A DNA stretch of 64,000 nucleotides from an uncultured Candidatus Rokubacteria bacterium (GCA_963754315.1 CAVWFS010000005.1:96001-160000); one strand, 5' to 3'; counted from the stretch's first letter, positions 30,282-41,558 are shown. The notes: generated by a model not told the origin, from the sequence alone. Translations and numbers: made by a program.

Positions 30282-32650
30282 ATGGCACTCAAGGAATACA
30301 AGCCCGGCACCACCTTCCCCGGCCGCATGGGACGAACCATGGGCGAGTCCGAACCCGCCTGGCCTGCTCCGCTGCGGGCGAAGGAGGGCGCGCCCAACGT
30401 GCTCTTCATCGTGCTGGATGACACCGGGTTCGCCCAGCTGGGCTGCTTCGGCTCGCCCATCAACACGCCGCACATCAACCGGCTGGCCGACAACGGTCTC
30501 CGCTACCGCAACATGCACACGACGGCGCTTTGCTCGCCGACCCGCTCCTGCATCCTGACCGGGCGCAACCACCACTCCAACGGAATGGCCTGCATCACCG
30601 AAGGGTCGACGGGGTTCCCCGGCGGCAACGGAGTCATCCCGTTTGCGAATGGCTTCCTGTCAGAAATCCTGCTCACGTACGGCTACAACACCTACTGCCT
30701 CGGCAAGTGGCACCTGACCCCCGCCGAGCAAATCAGCGCCGCCGGGCCCTACGACCGCTGGCCGCTGGGCCGGGGGTTCGAGCGGTACTACGGGTTCCTG
30801 GGCGGCGACACCAGCCAGTATTATCCCGACCTCGTCTACGACAATCACCAGGTCGACCCCGAGAGTACGCCCGAGCAGGGCTATCACCTCACCGAGGACC
30901 TGACGAACAAGGCGATCCAGTTCATCGCCGACGCCAAGCAGCTCGCGCCCGATAAGCCGTTCTTCATGTATTTCGCCACTGGCTCCCAGCACGCCCCCCA
31001 CCAGGTGCCGAAGGAGTGGGCCGACCGGTACCGGGGGAAGTTTGACGAGGGCTGGACTGCCTACCGCGAGAGGGCCCTGGCGAAGCAGAAAGAGCTCGGC
31101 ATCGTTCCGACCAACACCGTGCTCTCACGGCACGACCCGGACGTCCAGGACTGGAGCAAGCTCTCGGCCGACGAGAAGAAGCTCTACGCACGCATGATGG
31201 AGGTCTTCGCCGGCTTCCTCGAGCACACCGACCATCACATCGGCCGTCTGCTGACCTTCCTGCAGAGTATGGGCGAGCTCGACAACACGCTCGTCATGCT
31301 CATCTCCGACAACGGCGCCAGCTCCGAAGGTGGGCCCACCGGCTCCACCAACGAGAGCAAGTTCTTCAACAACGTGCCCGAGGACCTGAAGGCGAATCTC
31401 GCCGCCCTCGACGAGCTCGGAGGGCCCCGATACTTCAATCACTACGCGTGGGGCTGGACGTTTGCCGGCAACACGCCGTTCCGCCGCTGGAAGCGGGAGA
31501 CGTACCGCGGCGGGGTATCCGACCCCTTCATCGTCCACTGGCCCCGCGGCATCAAGGCCCGGGGCGAGGTCCGGCCGCAGTACGCGCACGCCATCGACAT
31601 GGTGCCGACCGTCCTCGACGCGCTCGGGCTCGAGCCGCCCACCCAGATCCGGGGAGCAACCCAGGCGCCCATCGAAGGCGTGAGCTTCCGCCACACCTTC
31701 GACGACGCGAAGGCCGAGGGCCACCACAAGACCCAGTACTTCGAGATGTTCGCCCACCGGGCGATCTACCACGACGGCTGGCGTGCGGTCTGCCCGTTCC
31801 CCGGCACGTCCTTCGCCGAGGCCAAGGTATTCTTCGGCCAGCTCCCCTTGACCGAGGAGAAGCTCCGCGAGCTCGACGCCAAGAGCTGGGAGCTCTACAA
31901 CGTGGCCGAGGACTTTGCCGAGACCAAGAACCTGGCCGGCGAGCAACGCGACAAGCTCATCGAGATGATCGCGCTCTGGTACGCCGAGGCCGGCAAGTAC
32001 AACGTCTTTCCCCTGGACAGCCGCGGAACTGCGCGCTTCGCCGACGAGCGTCCGCAGCTCACCAGGGAACGAAAGAGCTACGTGTACTTTCCGCACACCC
32101 AGGCGGTGCCGGAAAACGTCGCGGTCAAGGTCCTCAATCGCGCCCACAGCATCACGGCCGAAGTGGAGATCCCCAAGGGCGGGGCCGAGGGCGTGCTCCT
32201 CTGCCACGGGGGCAACACTGGCGGCTACTCCCTCTTCGTGAAGGACCAGAAGCTCCACTATGTCCACAACTACGTGGGCGCGGAGGAATACCACGTCGAG
32301 TCCTCGGCGTCGGTTCCCGAGGGCAAGTGCGAGCTTCGCTTCGAGTTCGACCCGACCGGCCAGCCCGACATCGCCAAGGGCAAGGGCGCCGCGGGCGCGC
32401 CCAGCTCTACATCAACAGCAAGCTGGCGGGCCAGGCCGACATCCCCGTAACCGTGCCGCTGGTCATGGCCCTCGGCGGCGGGCTGGTATGCGGCCGCAAC
32501 CCGGGCTCGCCAGTCTCCCGGCTGTACGGGCCGCCCTTCCCGTTCACCGGGAAGATCATCAAGGTCACCGTGGAAGTGTCAGGGAAGATGATCCAGGACA
32601 CCGAGGAGGAGATGAAAGCCCTCGCCAAGGCGCAGATGGCGCGGCAATAA
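30282..32650 (+). CDS. Arylsulfatase (Cys-type, long form; frameshift near 32390)
   Basis: PNVLFIVLDD, LCSPTR formylglycine motif, GKWH, SDNG; C-terminus continues in ORF 31448..32650. Confidence 0.92.
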
Positions 32651-32683
32651 GTGGGCATCGAGGCGGTCCGTCGAGGACCCAGC

Positions 32684-33237
32684 ATGGGATAGACACGATT
32701 CTCTGGCGACGCCTGGACGCGGCTGGTCACGACGCTTGTCGCCTTCTACAGAAGGACGGTGGTTGGCGACTGGAGGGCGCGGCGGCCTTCCGGCACGACG
32801 GCGATCCGGCATGTCTCGTCTATGAGGCCGACTGCGATGGTGCGTGGCGGACGCGGGAGGGTGTCGTGCATGGCTGGGTGGGCACACGCCCGCTGGATTT
32901 CAGGATCACACGATCAGAAGCCGGTATCTGGACGCTCAACGGTCAGGTCGTGCCCCATCTGGACGGGTGCGTCGATCTGGATTTCGGGTTCACCCCCGCC
33001 ACCAATCTGTTCCAGCTGCGGCGTGTGGCACTTCAGGTTGGCGAGGCCGCGGACGTCCCCGTTGCCTGGATCGACGTGTCTGCCGGCACCCTCGATACGT
33101 TGCATCAGCGTTACGAGCGCCGCACCGCCGAGGCGTACTGGTACGAAGCGCCGCGATTCGACTACTTCGCCCTTCTTCGTGTCAACGCCAACGGCTTCGT
33201 GGAGAAGTATCCAGATCTGTGGGAAGCGGAGTCGTGA
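32684..33237 (+). CDS. Putative glycolipid-binding domain protein (start uncertain)
   Basis: ILWRRLDAAGHDACRL, CVDLDFGFTPATN, LHQRYER, YPDLW. Confidence 0.8.
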
Positions 33238-33317
33238 TCAACACTCCTGCGGCCGAGAGCGCGTTCGCCTGAAGACGGGCGACGTCGCCCATCGCGAAGC
33301 GTCAGTCTCGCCGGACG

Positions 33318-34403
33318 TCAGGGACGCACCAGGATCTTCGCGTGGTGGTCCGGCGAGCCGAGCGCGGCGAACGCCCCGGCCACGCCCTCGATCCCGACCG
33401 CACCCGTGATGAGCGGCGCCACCGGGATCGCGCCGGCGGCGATGTGGCCGAGGGTTGCCGCGAACTCGTCCTGGGTGTAGCCGAGCACGAACTGGAGGTT
33501 CAGCTCCTTGCTGATACCGAGCATCGGATGGATGGTGTCACCCTCCATGCAGACGCCCACCACGACGATGCGCGTGCCGCGCGGCGCAGCCGCCATGATC
33601 TGGTCGAGCACCCCGGGAACGCCGACGCACTCGAAGACCACGGCCGGGCGAACGGCCGGCCCGGGCAGCCAGGGCGGCAGCGCGGGGGCGCGGCTCAGAT
33701 CGCGCCAGACGGCCGCCTCACGCCAGCTCTGCCAGGGCGCCGTCGCCGCCGGATCGACGACCACGTCGGCGCCAATGATGCCAGCCAGCTCTCGCCGACG
33801 GGGGGAGAAATCAGCGGCGACGATCGGCCGCGTGTCGCGCAGGCGCAGCGCGGCGATCACCGCGAGACCCACCGGGCCGCAGCCGATCACCAGCGGCGCA
33901 TCGTCGGGCTCCAGCCGCGCCTTGTTCACCGCGTGCAGGCCAACAGCCATCGGCTCGGTGAGGGCGGCGTGCTCGGTAGTCAGCCCGGCCGGCACCGGCA
34001 AGAGAAGGCTCTCGGTGAGCCGCATATACTCGCCATAGCCACCGGGATGCTCATTGGAGTAGCCGACCGTCTGAGGCCCAGTGGAACGCATGAGCACCGG
34101 CCGTGAGCACACCCGCGTGCCGGCCGGCAGGGCGCGGCTCGTCCCTGGTCCGTGCTCGACGATCTCCGCACAGAACTCGTGGCCCATCACGACGTCGCGG
34201 GCAAGATCCATCACGAAGAGGTTGCCGGCACGGCGCGACGTCTCGACGAAGCGCTCCGCGTGCCGGAGGGCGTGAAGGTCGGAGCCGCAGATACCGCAGG
34301 CCAAGGTGCGCACGAGCACCTCGCCGGGCCCGGGCTCGGGGACCGGGACCTCGGCGACCATGAGCTGGCGATCCCGCATGACAGCCGCGCGCATCGGGCT
34401 CAT
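33318..34403 (-). CDS. Zinc-binding (MDR) dehydrogenase
   Basis: CGICGSDLH, GHEF, GCGPVG. Confidence 0.9.
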   Translation of the reverse strand: MSPMRAAVMRDRQLMVAEVPVPEPGPGEVLVRTLACGICGSDLHALRHAERFVETSRRAGNLFVMDLARDVVMGHEFCAEIVEHGPGTSRALPAGTRVCSRPVLMRSTGPQTVGYSNEHPGGYGEYMRLTESLLLPVPAGLTTEHAALTEPMAVGLHAVNKARLEPDDAPLVIGCGPVGLAVIAALRLRDTRPIVAADFSPRRRELAGIIGADVVVDPAATAPWQSWREAAVWRDLSRAPALPPWLPGPAVRPAVVFECVGVPGVLDQIMAAAPRGTRIVVVGVCMEGDTIHPMLGISKELNLQFVLGYTQDEFAATLGHIAAGAIPVAPLITGAVGIEGVAGAFAALGSPDHHAKILVRP

Positions 34404-34585
34404 CGGTTCTATCTCCGGGCCATAGCGTAGATCAGCACGCAGACGAGTGCCACCGTCCGCTGCTGGCGCGACGGCGCGGGGCACGCTCGGCCGTGCCGCA
34501 ATCTCGTCGGGCTTGATCGCGCCGTGGTGAGGTACGCTCTTCCGAACACGGGTACGTACGTAGGCATCGGGAGGCGATAAAGGCC

Positions 34586-35735
34586 ATGAGGAACAACGCG
34601 CATTGGGTTGGCACCTGGACGGCGGCCCCGGCGCCAGCCGACGGTGCCGCCTTCAGCAACCATACCTTGCGGATGATCCCGCGCGTCAGCATCGGCGGCC
34701 GCTGGCTGCGCGTGCGCATCTCGAATGCCTATGGCACCCGCCCGCTGGCGATCGGCGCGGCGAGCGTGGGGCTGCGTAGCAGCGGGTCCGGCGGTGATGC
34801 CCGGCTCGAACCGACAGCTCACCTTCGGCGGTGAACCCGGTGCCACGATCGCCGCCGGCGCCCTCGTCGTCAGCGACCCGGTCGAGCTAGAGTTTGCGCC
34901 GCTTTCGGACCTCGCGGTCAGCGTCCATCTGCCGGACGATCTGCCGGCAAGTTTCGGGATCACCGGGCGCTATGCGCGGCAGACCAACTACATATCGCCG
35001 CCGGGCAATTTCGCCGCCGAAGAGTGCATGCCGGTTGGCCGCCTCACCGACGACTGGTACTTCGTGTGCGGCGTCGACGTCGTGGCACCGCGCGAAGCGG
35101 GCGCCATCGTCGCCCTCGGCGACTCGCTCACCGACGCCAATATCTCGACCCACGATGGCCATCACAGCTGGCCCTCGCAGCTCGCCCGCCGGCTGATCGC
35201 GCGGCCGAGCGGACGGCCGATGGCGGTGATGAACCAGGGACTCGGCGGCAACCGCATCCTGCACGATGTCCGGGGCGAGAGCGGCCTGCGCCGCTTCGAC
35301 CGCGACGTGCTGGCCCAGCCTGGCGTCACCCACACCGTGATCATGCTGGGCACCAACGATCTGCGGAACCGTCAGGGCAAGCCCGACGAAGAGCAGGTCA
35401 GCGCGCTGCAGATGATCGCCGGCTTGAAGCAATTCGCCGTCCGCGGCCACGCCCGCCGGGTCAAAGTCATCCTCGGCACCTTGACCCCGTTCGAGAACGA
35501 GACCTTCCTGCCCGGCGCCTGGAACCCGAAGCGGGAGGCGGTACGTCAGGCCGTGAACGAGTGGCTCCGCAAGACCGACGTCTTCGACGCCATCGTCGAC
35601 TTCGACCGGGCGCTGGCCGATCCCGACCATCCAACCCGGATGCTGCCGATCTACGATTGCGGCGACCATCTTCACCCGAGCGACCGGGGATACCGTGCGA
35701 TGGGTGACGCGATCGATCTGTCGCTGTTCGACTGA
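34586..35735 (+). CDS. SGNH/GDSL hydrolase (frameshift near 34785)
   Basis: WVGTW...TLRMI N-terminal domain; GDSLTD, GLGGN, GTND, DHLHP. Confidence 0.9.
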
Positions 35736-35840
35736 CCCTGCGGTCCTGGCTGGAGACGTGGCCTACCACCCTTCGAGAATCGACTGCTGACCGGCGACCC
35801 ACCCGCCCGGCCGCGCCTTGATCGTCGCCGACGGCGCGCC

Positions 35841-36878
35841 ATGCGCCTCATGGCGGCCGCCGGGGCGCTGCTATTGAGCGCATGCCAATCGCGCCCGATC
35901 GAACTGTACTCCCACGCCTTGCCACCGGTCGTCCTGGCGACGGTCGATGACACCGGCGTCCGCGACCTGCGGGCAAGCTATCGGGCCGCCCTCTGTCGCC
36001 GACTGCCGGCCACAGGACCGGCATGCGAAGACGTCTTGCTGCGACTCCCGGGCGAGGGACCGCCCGGGGCGCATCCGGCCACCGATGGTCTTCCGGGGCG
36101 CTACCGGATCGTATTCGTACCGGGATTCTTCGCGGAATGCTTCCATCGCTTCGTCCGCCCGTTCGGCGATGTGCAGCGTGCCCTCCAAGCCGAAGGGTTC
36201 GAGGTCGACTACGTCCGGGTGTCCGGCCGCGCTCCCAGCGCCGCGAACGCGAGGCAACTTGCCGAGCACTTTGCGACCCTGGCCGACGATCCGCGGCCGG
36301 TCATCGTGGTCGCGCACTCGAAGGGGCTGCTCGACACCCTCGAGTTTGCCGTGCAACATCCAGAGGCCGCCGCGCGTCTCGCGGCCATCGTGAGCGTGGC
36401 CGGCGCCGTGAATGGGAGCCCGCTCGCGGATCACTTTCAGGGGATCTATCGTGACTGGCTCGCCACGTTTCCCCTGTCGGATTGCGCTCGCGGCAGCGGT
36501 GAGGAGATTTCCGACCTGCGGCGCGATGTCCGTCTCGAATGGTGGCACCGGAATCGCCCGGCCGTGGTGGTGCCGATCTTCGCTCTCGTGGCCGCGCCGA
36601 GGTCGGATCGCATCTCGCGCGCAGCACGTCTGACGTACGGCCAGCTCGCCCGCTTCGATCCGCTCAACGACGGCCAGGTCATCTGGTACGACCAGCTCAT
36701 CCCGGGGGGCTTCCTGCTCGGCTATGCGAACGCCGACCACTGGGCGATAGCGATTCCTGTGTCCGAAGACATTCCCTCCGCGTCCTTCATGTTCCGCGAC
36801 GACTTCCCGCGCGCGGCGATGGTACGAGCCGCCCTCGAGGTCGTGGCGGCGACCTTGAGCGCCAGTGAGGGAGACTAG
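35841..36878 (+). CDS. Lipoprotein, lipase-like alpha/beta-hydrolase
   Basis: Lipobox LSAC; VPG, AHSKG, GSPLAD, NDG, DHW. Confidence 0.75.
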   Translation: MRLMAAAGALLLSACQSRPIELYSHALPPVVLATVDDTGVRDLRASYRAALCRRLPATGPACEDVLLRLPGEGPPGAHPATDGLPGRYRIVFVPGFFAECFHRFVRPFGDVQRALQAEGFEVDYVRVSGRAPSAANARQLAEHFATLADDPRPVIVVAHSKGLLDTLEFAVQHPEAAARLAAIVSVAGAVNGSPLADHFQGIYRDWLATFPLSDCARGSGEEISDLRRDVRLEWWHRNRPAVVVPIFALVAAPRSDRISRAARLTYGQLARFDPLNDGQVIWYDQLIPGGFLLGYANADHWAIAIPVSEDIPSASFMFRDDFPRAAMVRAALEVVAATLSASEGD

Positions 36879-36914
36879 ATCTGACCCTTCGTGCTGGCGT
36901 CCAGCGTGAAGCGG

Positions 36915-38015
36915 CTACGGGGCGGAGCGGTTGCCGAGAACCTCGTCCACGGTTTCGATGGCCGCTTCGACCAGCGCGGTGCGCGGGAGGTCGTCGCGAA
37001 ACAGCGAGGCCATCGTGGGCAGGGCGCGCGACATCGACATGGCGACGGCCCAGTGATCGGCATTGACGTAGCCGAGGAGGCTGCCGCCGGGAACGATCTG
37101 GTCATACCAGATGAGCAGGCCGTCATTGCGCGGCTCGATCCGGGCCAGCTCCTGGTATGTCTCCATCAGCATGGGAGAGACCCGGTCCGGTCGAGGCGTG
37201 GTCACGAGCGCGAACACGGGCTTGGACACGCCTGCGCGGTGGCTCTGCCACCACGCGAGCCGTGTCTGACGGCGGAGGTCCGACATCTCGTCTCCGTCTG
37301 CTTGACGACACTCTGCGCTGGGTAGCGAGGCGCGCCACGTGCGAAAGCTCGTTTGGAGACGGTCGGCGAAGAGACTGCCGTTCATCGCTCCCGCCACGCT
37401 GACGATAGCCCCGATCGACGACGCAGCTTCCGGATAGCGCACGACCAACTCGAGAACGTCGGGAAGACCCCTCGCGTACGCGAACACGATGAGCGGGCGC
37501 GGATCCCGCGGCAGCGCCGTGAACCCACCCGCTAGCCGAGCGGCGTTGTCCTGGCTGCTGCCGCGTCCGCGGAGGGACAGACGGTAGACCTCAAAGCCAG
37601 CGCGAGCCAGGTGATCCATCGTCTCCTCGAATGGCCGGGCGCTTGCCTCGAGGCACTCGGCCAGAAGACCGGGGACGAAGGCCAGGCGGTAGCGCTGGGC
37701 CGCGCCCGGCTGCGGAGCGGACGGGGGGGAGCTGATCTCGCCCGCCAGCTCAAGTAGGAGCTGATCGCAGGATGGTTCGCCGGCGGGCAGTCGCCGGCAC
37801 AGTGCGGTGCGATAGAGACCGCGAAGATCTCGTACGCCGGCTCCGGCGGCGGTGGTCAGCACAATGGGTGTGCTGTTGGAGTACGGTGGAACCGTCGGCG
37901 CGGCGCACCCGGTCAGGGCGAGCGCGCTGGCGACAAGACGGAGCAGCCCCCGCGCGGTGGGAGGCGCTACTATGGCCATACGACTCCAGATTACGCTTGA
38001 GGTGAGCATGCGCAC
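36915..38015 (-). CDS. Paralogous lipoprotein alpha/beta-hydrolase lacking the catalytic Ser
   Basis: Lipobox LTGC; colinear with 35841..36878 but AYARG replaces AHSKG. Confidence 0.75.
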   Translation of the reverse strand: MRMLTSSVIWSRMAIVAPPTARGLLRLVASALALTGCAAPTVPPYSNSTPIVLTTAAGAGVRDLRGLYRTALCRRLPAGEPSCDQLLLELAGEISSPPSAPQPGAAQRYRLAFVPGLLAECLEASARPFEETMDHLARAGFEVYRLSLRGRGSSQDNAARLAGGFTALPRDPRPLIVFAYARGLPDVLELVVRYPEAASSIGAIVSVAGAMNGSLFADRLQTSFRTWRASLPSAECRQADGDEMSDLRRQTRLAWWQSHRAGVSKPVFALVTTPRPDRVSPMLMETYQELARIEPRNDGLLIWYDQIVPGGSLLGYVNADHWAVAMSMSRALPTMASLFRDDLPRTALVEAAIETVDEVLGNRSAP

Positions 38016-38030
38016 GAGGGTTCAGACTCA

Positions 38031-39086
38031 TTGGGGTTGATGGGGAGACCTATGCCAGTGGCGGCGGGCTGGATCCACACGATCGCGGGAACGGGTGCCA
38101 AGGGGTACGCCGGTGACGGGGGACCGGCGCTGCAGGCGCTGCTCAATGAACCATTCATGTGCGCCTTCGACACCGCGGGCAATCTGTATGTGACCGAAGC
38201 GACCAATCACTGCGTGCGTCGGATCGATACAGCTACCGGAGTGATCACCACCGTGGCGGGCACCGGCGCGCCTGGGTACTCGGGCGATGGTGGCCTCGCC
38301 ACGCGGGCCACGCTCAACCAGCCCTACTCGGTGCAGATCGACGCCAATGGCGACATCTACATCGTTGACCGCTTAAACGCCGCCATCCGTAAGGTCGACG
38401 CGGTCACCGGGCTCATCACCACGGTGGCCGGGACCGGAGAGCCGGGATCCAGTGGCGATGGCGGGCCCGGGCCGCAGGCGCAGCTACGTGAACCGAACGA
38501 TTGCTTTCTCGATGGTCGCGGAGGCCTCCTCATTGCCGATGTGCAGGATCAGCGCATCCGTCGCCTGGATGTCCGCAGCGGCATCATCACCACGTTTGCC
38601 GGAACGGGAGAGAAGGCCCGCACCGGCGATGGCCGGGCAGCCACCGCGGCGAGCATCCTGGGCGCGCGCGCCGTGTGCACGGATCGCCGAGGCCAGACCT
38701 ACATCTGCGAGCGGGAAGGCAATGGCATCCGTCGGGTCGATGCCCACGGCATCATGTCGACCTATGCGGGAACTGGCGAGCGCGGGTATGGCGGCGACGG
38801 CGGTCCGGCCCTGGCCGCCACCTGGGGAGCCCCCAAGGCCATCCGCTGCGACCGGCACGACAACGTGCTGGTGGTGGACACCGAGAACCACGCGATACGC
38901 CGCATCGACGCGGTGACGGGTGTGGTCACCACCATTGCCGGAGGCCGCCAGGGTGGTGGCGGCGATGGCGGCCCCGCGATCGCCGCCGGGCTCGACCGAC
39001 CACACGGCTGTGACGTGGACGCGCAGGGCAACATGTATATCGCCGACAGTAACAACCACCGCGTGCGGGTGGTGGCGGCTCGGTAG
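38031..39086 (+). CDS. NHL-repeat beta-propeller protein
   Basis: About six repeats of T(I/V)AGTGxxGYxGDGGPA...YIADxxNHRIR. Confidence 0.9.
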   Translation: MGLMGRPMPVAAGWIHTIAGTGAKGYAGDGGPALQALLNEPFMCAFDTAGNLYVTEATNHCVRRIDTATGVITTVAGTGAPGYSGDGGLATRATLNQPYSVQIDANGDIYIVDRLNAAIRKVDAVTGLITTVAGTGEPGSSGDGGPGPQAQLREPNDCFLDGRGGLLIADVQDQRIRRLDVRSGIITTFAGTGEKARTGDGRAATAASILGARAVCTDRRGQTYICEREGNGIRRVDAHGIMSTYAGTGERGYGGDGGPALAATWGAPKAIRCDRHDNVLVVDTENHAIRRIDAVTGVVTTIAGGRQGGGGDGGPAIAAGLDRPHGCDVDAQGNMYIADSNNHRVRVVAAR

Positions 39087-39161
39087 GCGCCCGCAACACC
39101 AGAGTTTTTCGGCCAGCGAGCCCAGGATCGACAACGAGATGTCCAGCGGCGCCGCCTCGTC

Positions 39162-39205
39162 TATAGTCTAGACAGCGCTCAGGTATAGTCTAGACAGCGC
39201 TCAGG
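39162..39205. repeat. Exact 22-bp tandem duplication containing the palindrome GTCTAGAC; candidate operator
   Basis: tatagtctagacagcgctcagg x2, ~60 bp upstream of the SBP gene. Confidence 0.8.
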
Positions 39206-39265
39206 TACCTGTCTGTCCCCGGCCCTTCCGCCGGGAACGACCCCGAAAGGAGATCGAGTTCCCTC

Positions 39266-40825
39266 ATGAGTCAGCTTCGTCCGCGTTCCTGCCGCCTCAC
39301 CATGCTTGCCGTTCTCGTCCTCGCGCTGTTCACGGCCGCGCCCGCCGGACACGCCGCGGCCGCCGCGTCGGGGCAGCTCACGTATGCCGTGCACATCTCG
39401 CTGGCGCCCACGTGGTTCGACCCCGCGGAGACACCGAGCCTCATCACACCGTTCATGGTGCTCTATGCCATGCACGACGCGCTCGTCAAACCGATGCCAG
39501 GCGCGCCCCAAGGCAAAAGCCTGGCTGAGAACTGGTCGGTCTCCAAGGACGGCCTCGTCTACGAATTCGTGCTGAGGAAAGGCGTCAAGTTTCACAACGG
39601 CGACGTGATGACCGCCGACGACGTCAAGTTCTCGTTCGAGCGCTACCGGGGCGCCGCCGCCAAGCTTCTCAAGGAGCGAGTGGCCGCGGTGGAGATCGTC
39701 GATCCCCACAAGGTGCGGTTCCGCCTGAAGAAGCCGTGGCTCGACTTCATGACGTTCTTCGCCACACCAGCGACGGGGGCCGCCTGGATCGTGCCCAAGA
39801 AGTACGTGGAGAAGGTCGGCGACGAGGGCTTCAAGAAGGCGCCGATCGGCGCCGGACCCTACAAGTTCGTCTCGTTCAAGCCGGGTGTCGAGCTGACCCT
39901 CGAGGCCCACGAGGGATATTGGCGCAAGACGCCATCCATCAAGACGCTCGTGCTGCGCAGCGTCCCCGACGAGTCGACGCGGCTGGCCGCCCTCAAGCGG
40001 AACGAGGTCGACATCGCCTACTCGATCACCGGCGCCCTCGCCCAGGAGCTGAAGCAGTCGCCGGGGCTGAAGCTCGCCCCCACCCACTTCACCTTCACCA
40101 CGTGGCTGCTCTTCACCGAGCAGTGGGATCCGAAATCGCCCTGGCACGACCGGCGCGTGCGTCTGGCCGCCAACCTCGCCATCGATCGCCAGGCGATCAA
40201 CCAGGCCGCCTACCTCGGCCTCGCCAAGCCGGCGCTGTCCTTCGTGCCCTCGGGCATGGACTATTTCTGGGCTCCCCCGCCCTACCCGTACGACCCGGCG
40301 AAGGCCAAGCAGCTCCTGGCCGAGGCGGGATATCCCAACGGCTTCGCGGGCGGCGACCTGTCCGGCGAAATGATCTACGGCAGCGCCATCGGGGAACCGG
40401 TCGCGAACTATCTGCAGGCGGTCGGGATCCGCACGCAGCTCCGTCTCTTGGAGCGAGCCGCCTACTACAAGGAATACGCCGACAAGAAGCTGCGTGGCCT
40501 CCTCCACACCGGCAGCGGAGCCCCCGGCAACGCGGCCACCCGCATCGACTCCTACGCCGTCACGGGCGGCTCGTACGTCTACAACACCTACCCGGAGATC
40601 GACGGCCTCTTCTCTGAGCAGGTGAACGAGCAGAACCCGCGCGTGCGCACCCAGATCCTCCAGAAGATCCAGCAGATCATCCATGATCGCGTGATGTTCG
40701 CCCCGGTCATGGAGCCCGCGTTCCTGAACGGCGTCGGCCCCCGCGTCGACAACAACGGTCTCGGCGCCATCGCCAACTTCCCCTACTCGGCGCCCTACGA
40801 AGACCTCACCTTGAAGGCCAAGTGA
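39266..40825 (+). CDS. ABC transporter substrate-binding protein, family 5
   Basis: Signal peptide; HISLAPTWFDPAE, LAENWSVSKDG, FHNGDVMTADDVKFS, PIGAGPYKF. Confidence 0.92.
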   Translation: MSQLRPRSCRLTMLAVLVLALFTAAPAGHAAAAASGQLTYAVHISLAPTWFDPAETPSLITPFMVLYAMHDALVKPMPGAPQGKSLAENWSVSKDGLVYEFVLRKGVKFHNGDVMTADDVKFSFERYRGAAAKLLKERVAAVEIVDPHKVRFRLKKPWLDFMTFFATPATGAAWIVPKKYVEKVGDEGFKKAPIGAGPYKFVSFKPGVELTLEAHEGYWRKTPSIKTLVLRSVPDESTRLAALKRNEVDIAYSITGALAQELKQSPGLKLAPTHFTFTTWLLFTEQWDPKSPWHDRRVRLAANLAIDRQAINQAAYLGLAKPALSFVPSGMDYFWAPPPYPYDPAKAKQLLAEAGYPNGFAGGDLSGEMIYGSAIGEPVANYLQAVGIRTQLRLLERAAYYKEYADKKLRGLLHTGSGAPGNAATRIDSYAVTGGSYVYNTYPEIDGLFSEQVNEQNPRVRTQILQKIQQIIHDRVMFAPVMEPAFLNGVGPRVDNNGLGAIANFPYSAPYEDLTLKAK

Positions 40826-40955
40826 GGGCGTTCGTCGGCACGCCGCTGGGGCTCATCGCCGCGCTGACCCTCGCAATCCTGGCGGCGCTGCCTGCCGCCG
40901 GCGCGCAACCGACGGGGAAGGTCCCCAGGATCGGCGTTCTCCAGCCAGGCACCCG
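40822..40955 (+). pseudogene. 5' fragment of an ABC substrate-binding (ABC_sub_bind-like) protein
   Basis: Signal peptide followed by AQPTGKVPRIGVL, then similarity stops. Confidence 0.55.
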
Positions 40956-40957
40956 CC

Positions 40958-41122
40958 ATCTTTCACATGAGCTCAGTGGTCATGACCCTCGGCAGCATGC
41001 TCGCCGGGGCTCTGGCGGCGCTGGTGGGGGCGCGCTGGGCGGCGGCCGCGATGGGTGCGGCGGGCGCCCTGCTCACGATCACGATTGGTGCGGCGCTGCC
41101 GCCCGCTCGACGCATCCGCTAG
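40958..41122 (+). pseudogene. 3' fragment of an MFS transporter
   Basis: Manual translation IFHMSSVVMTLGSMLAGALAALVGARWAAAAMGAAGALLTITIGAALPPARRIR*, like the last two MFS helices. Confidence 0.55.
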
Positions 41123-41187
41123 GGCACGACGCGCCGGTTCGCTGATCAAGGAGGTCAACAATGGCTGGAGAATGCGAAAGGTGAGAC

Positions 41188-41538
41188 ATGACGCCGAACC
41201 AGAAGATGGTCGAGAGATACATGGACGGCTTCAGGAGAAGCGACCATGAGCAGATTCTGTCGTGCCTGACGGATGACGTTGAGTGGGAGATCCCGGGTGC
41301 CTTCCACGTACGTGGTAAAGCAGCGTTCGACACGCACATCGAAGATGATGGTTTCGTCGGCAGCCCCGCCATCATCGTTACCCGTCTCACCGAAGAGGGC
41401 GATGTGGTCGTGGCGGAGGGATCGGTGCGCACTCAGCGGAAGGACGGCACGTCGTTGCACCTCGCGTTCTGCGATGTCTTCGAGATGCAGGAGGGGAAGA
41501 TCCGAAGGTTGATCAGCTATCTGATGGCAACGCAGTGA
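41188..41538 (+). CDS. SnoaL/NTF2-like protein
   Basis: LTDDVEW, EEGDVVVAEG, FCDVFEM...GKIRRL. Confidence 0.85.
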   Translation: MTPNQKMVERYMDGFRRSDHEQILSCLTDDVEWEIPGAFHVRGKAAFDTHIEDDGFVGSPAIIVTRLTEEGDVVVAEGSVRTQRKDGTSLHLAFCDVFEMQEGKIRRLISYLMATQ

Positions 41539-41558
41539 GCAACGCGCGCACCTGATCC

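Noticed and set aside
38031..39086. DNA repeats of ggcgatggcggc type
   Set aside because: They are explained by NHL protein repeats.
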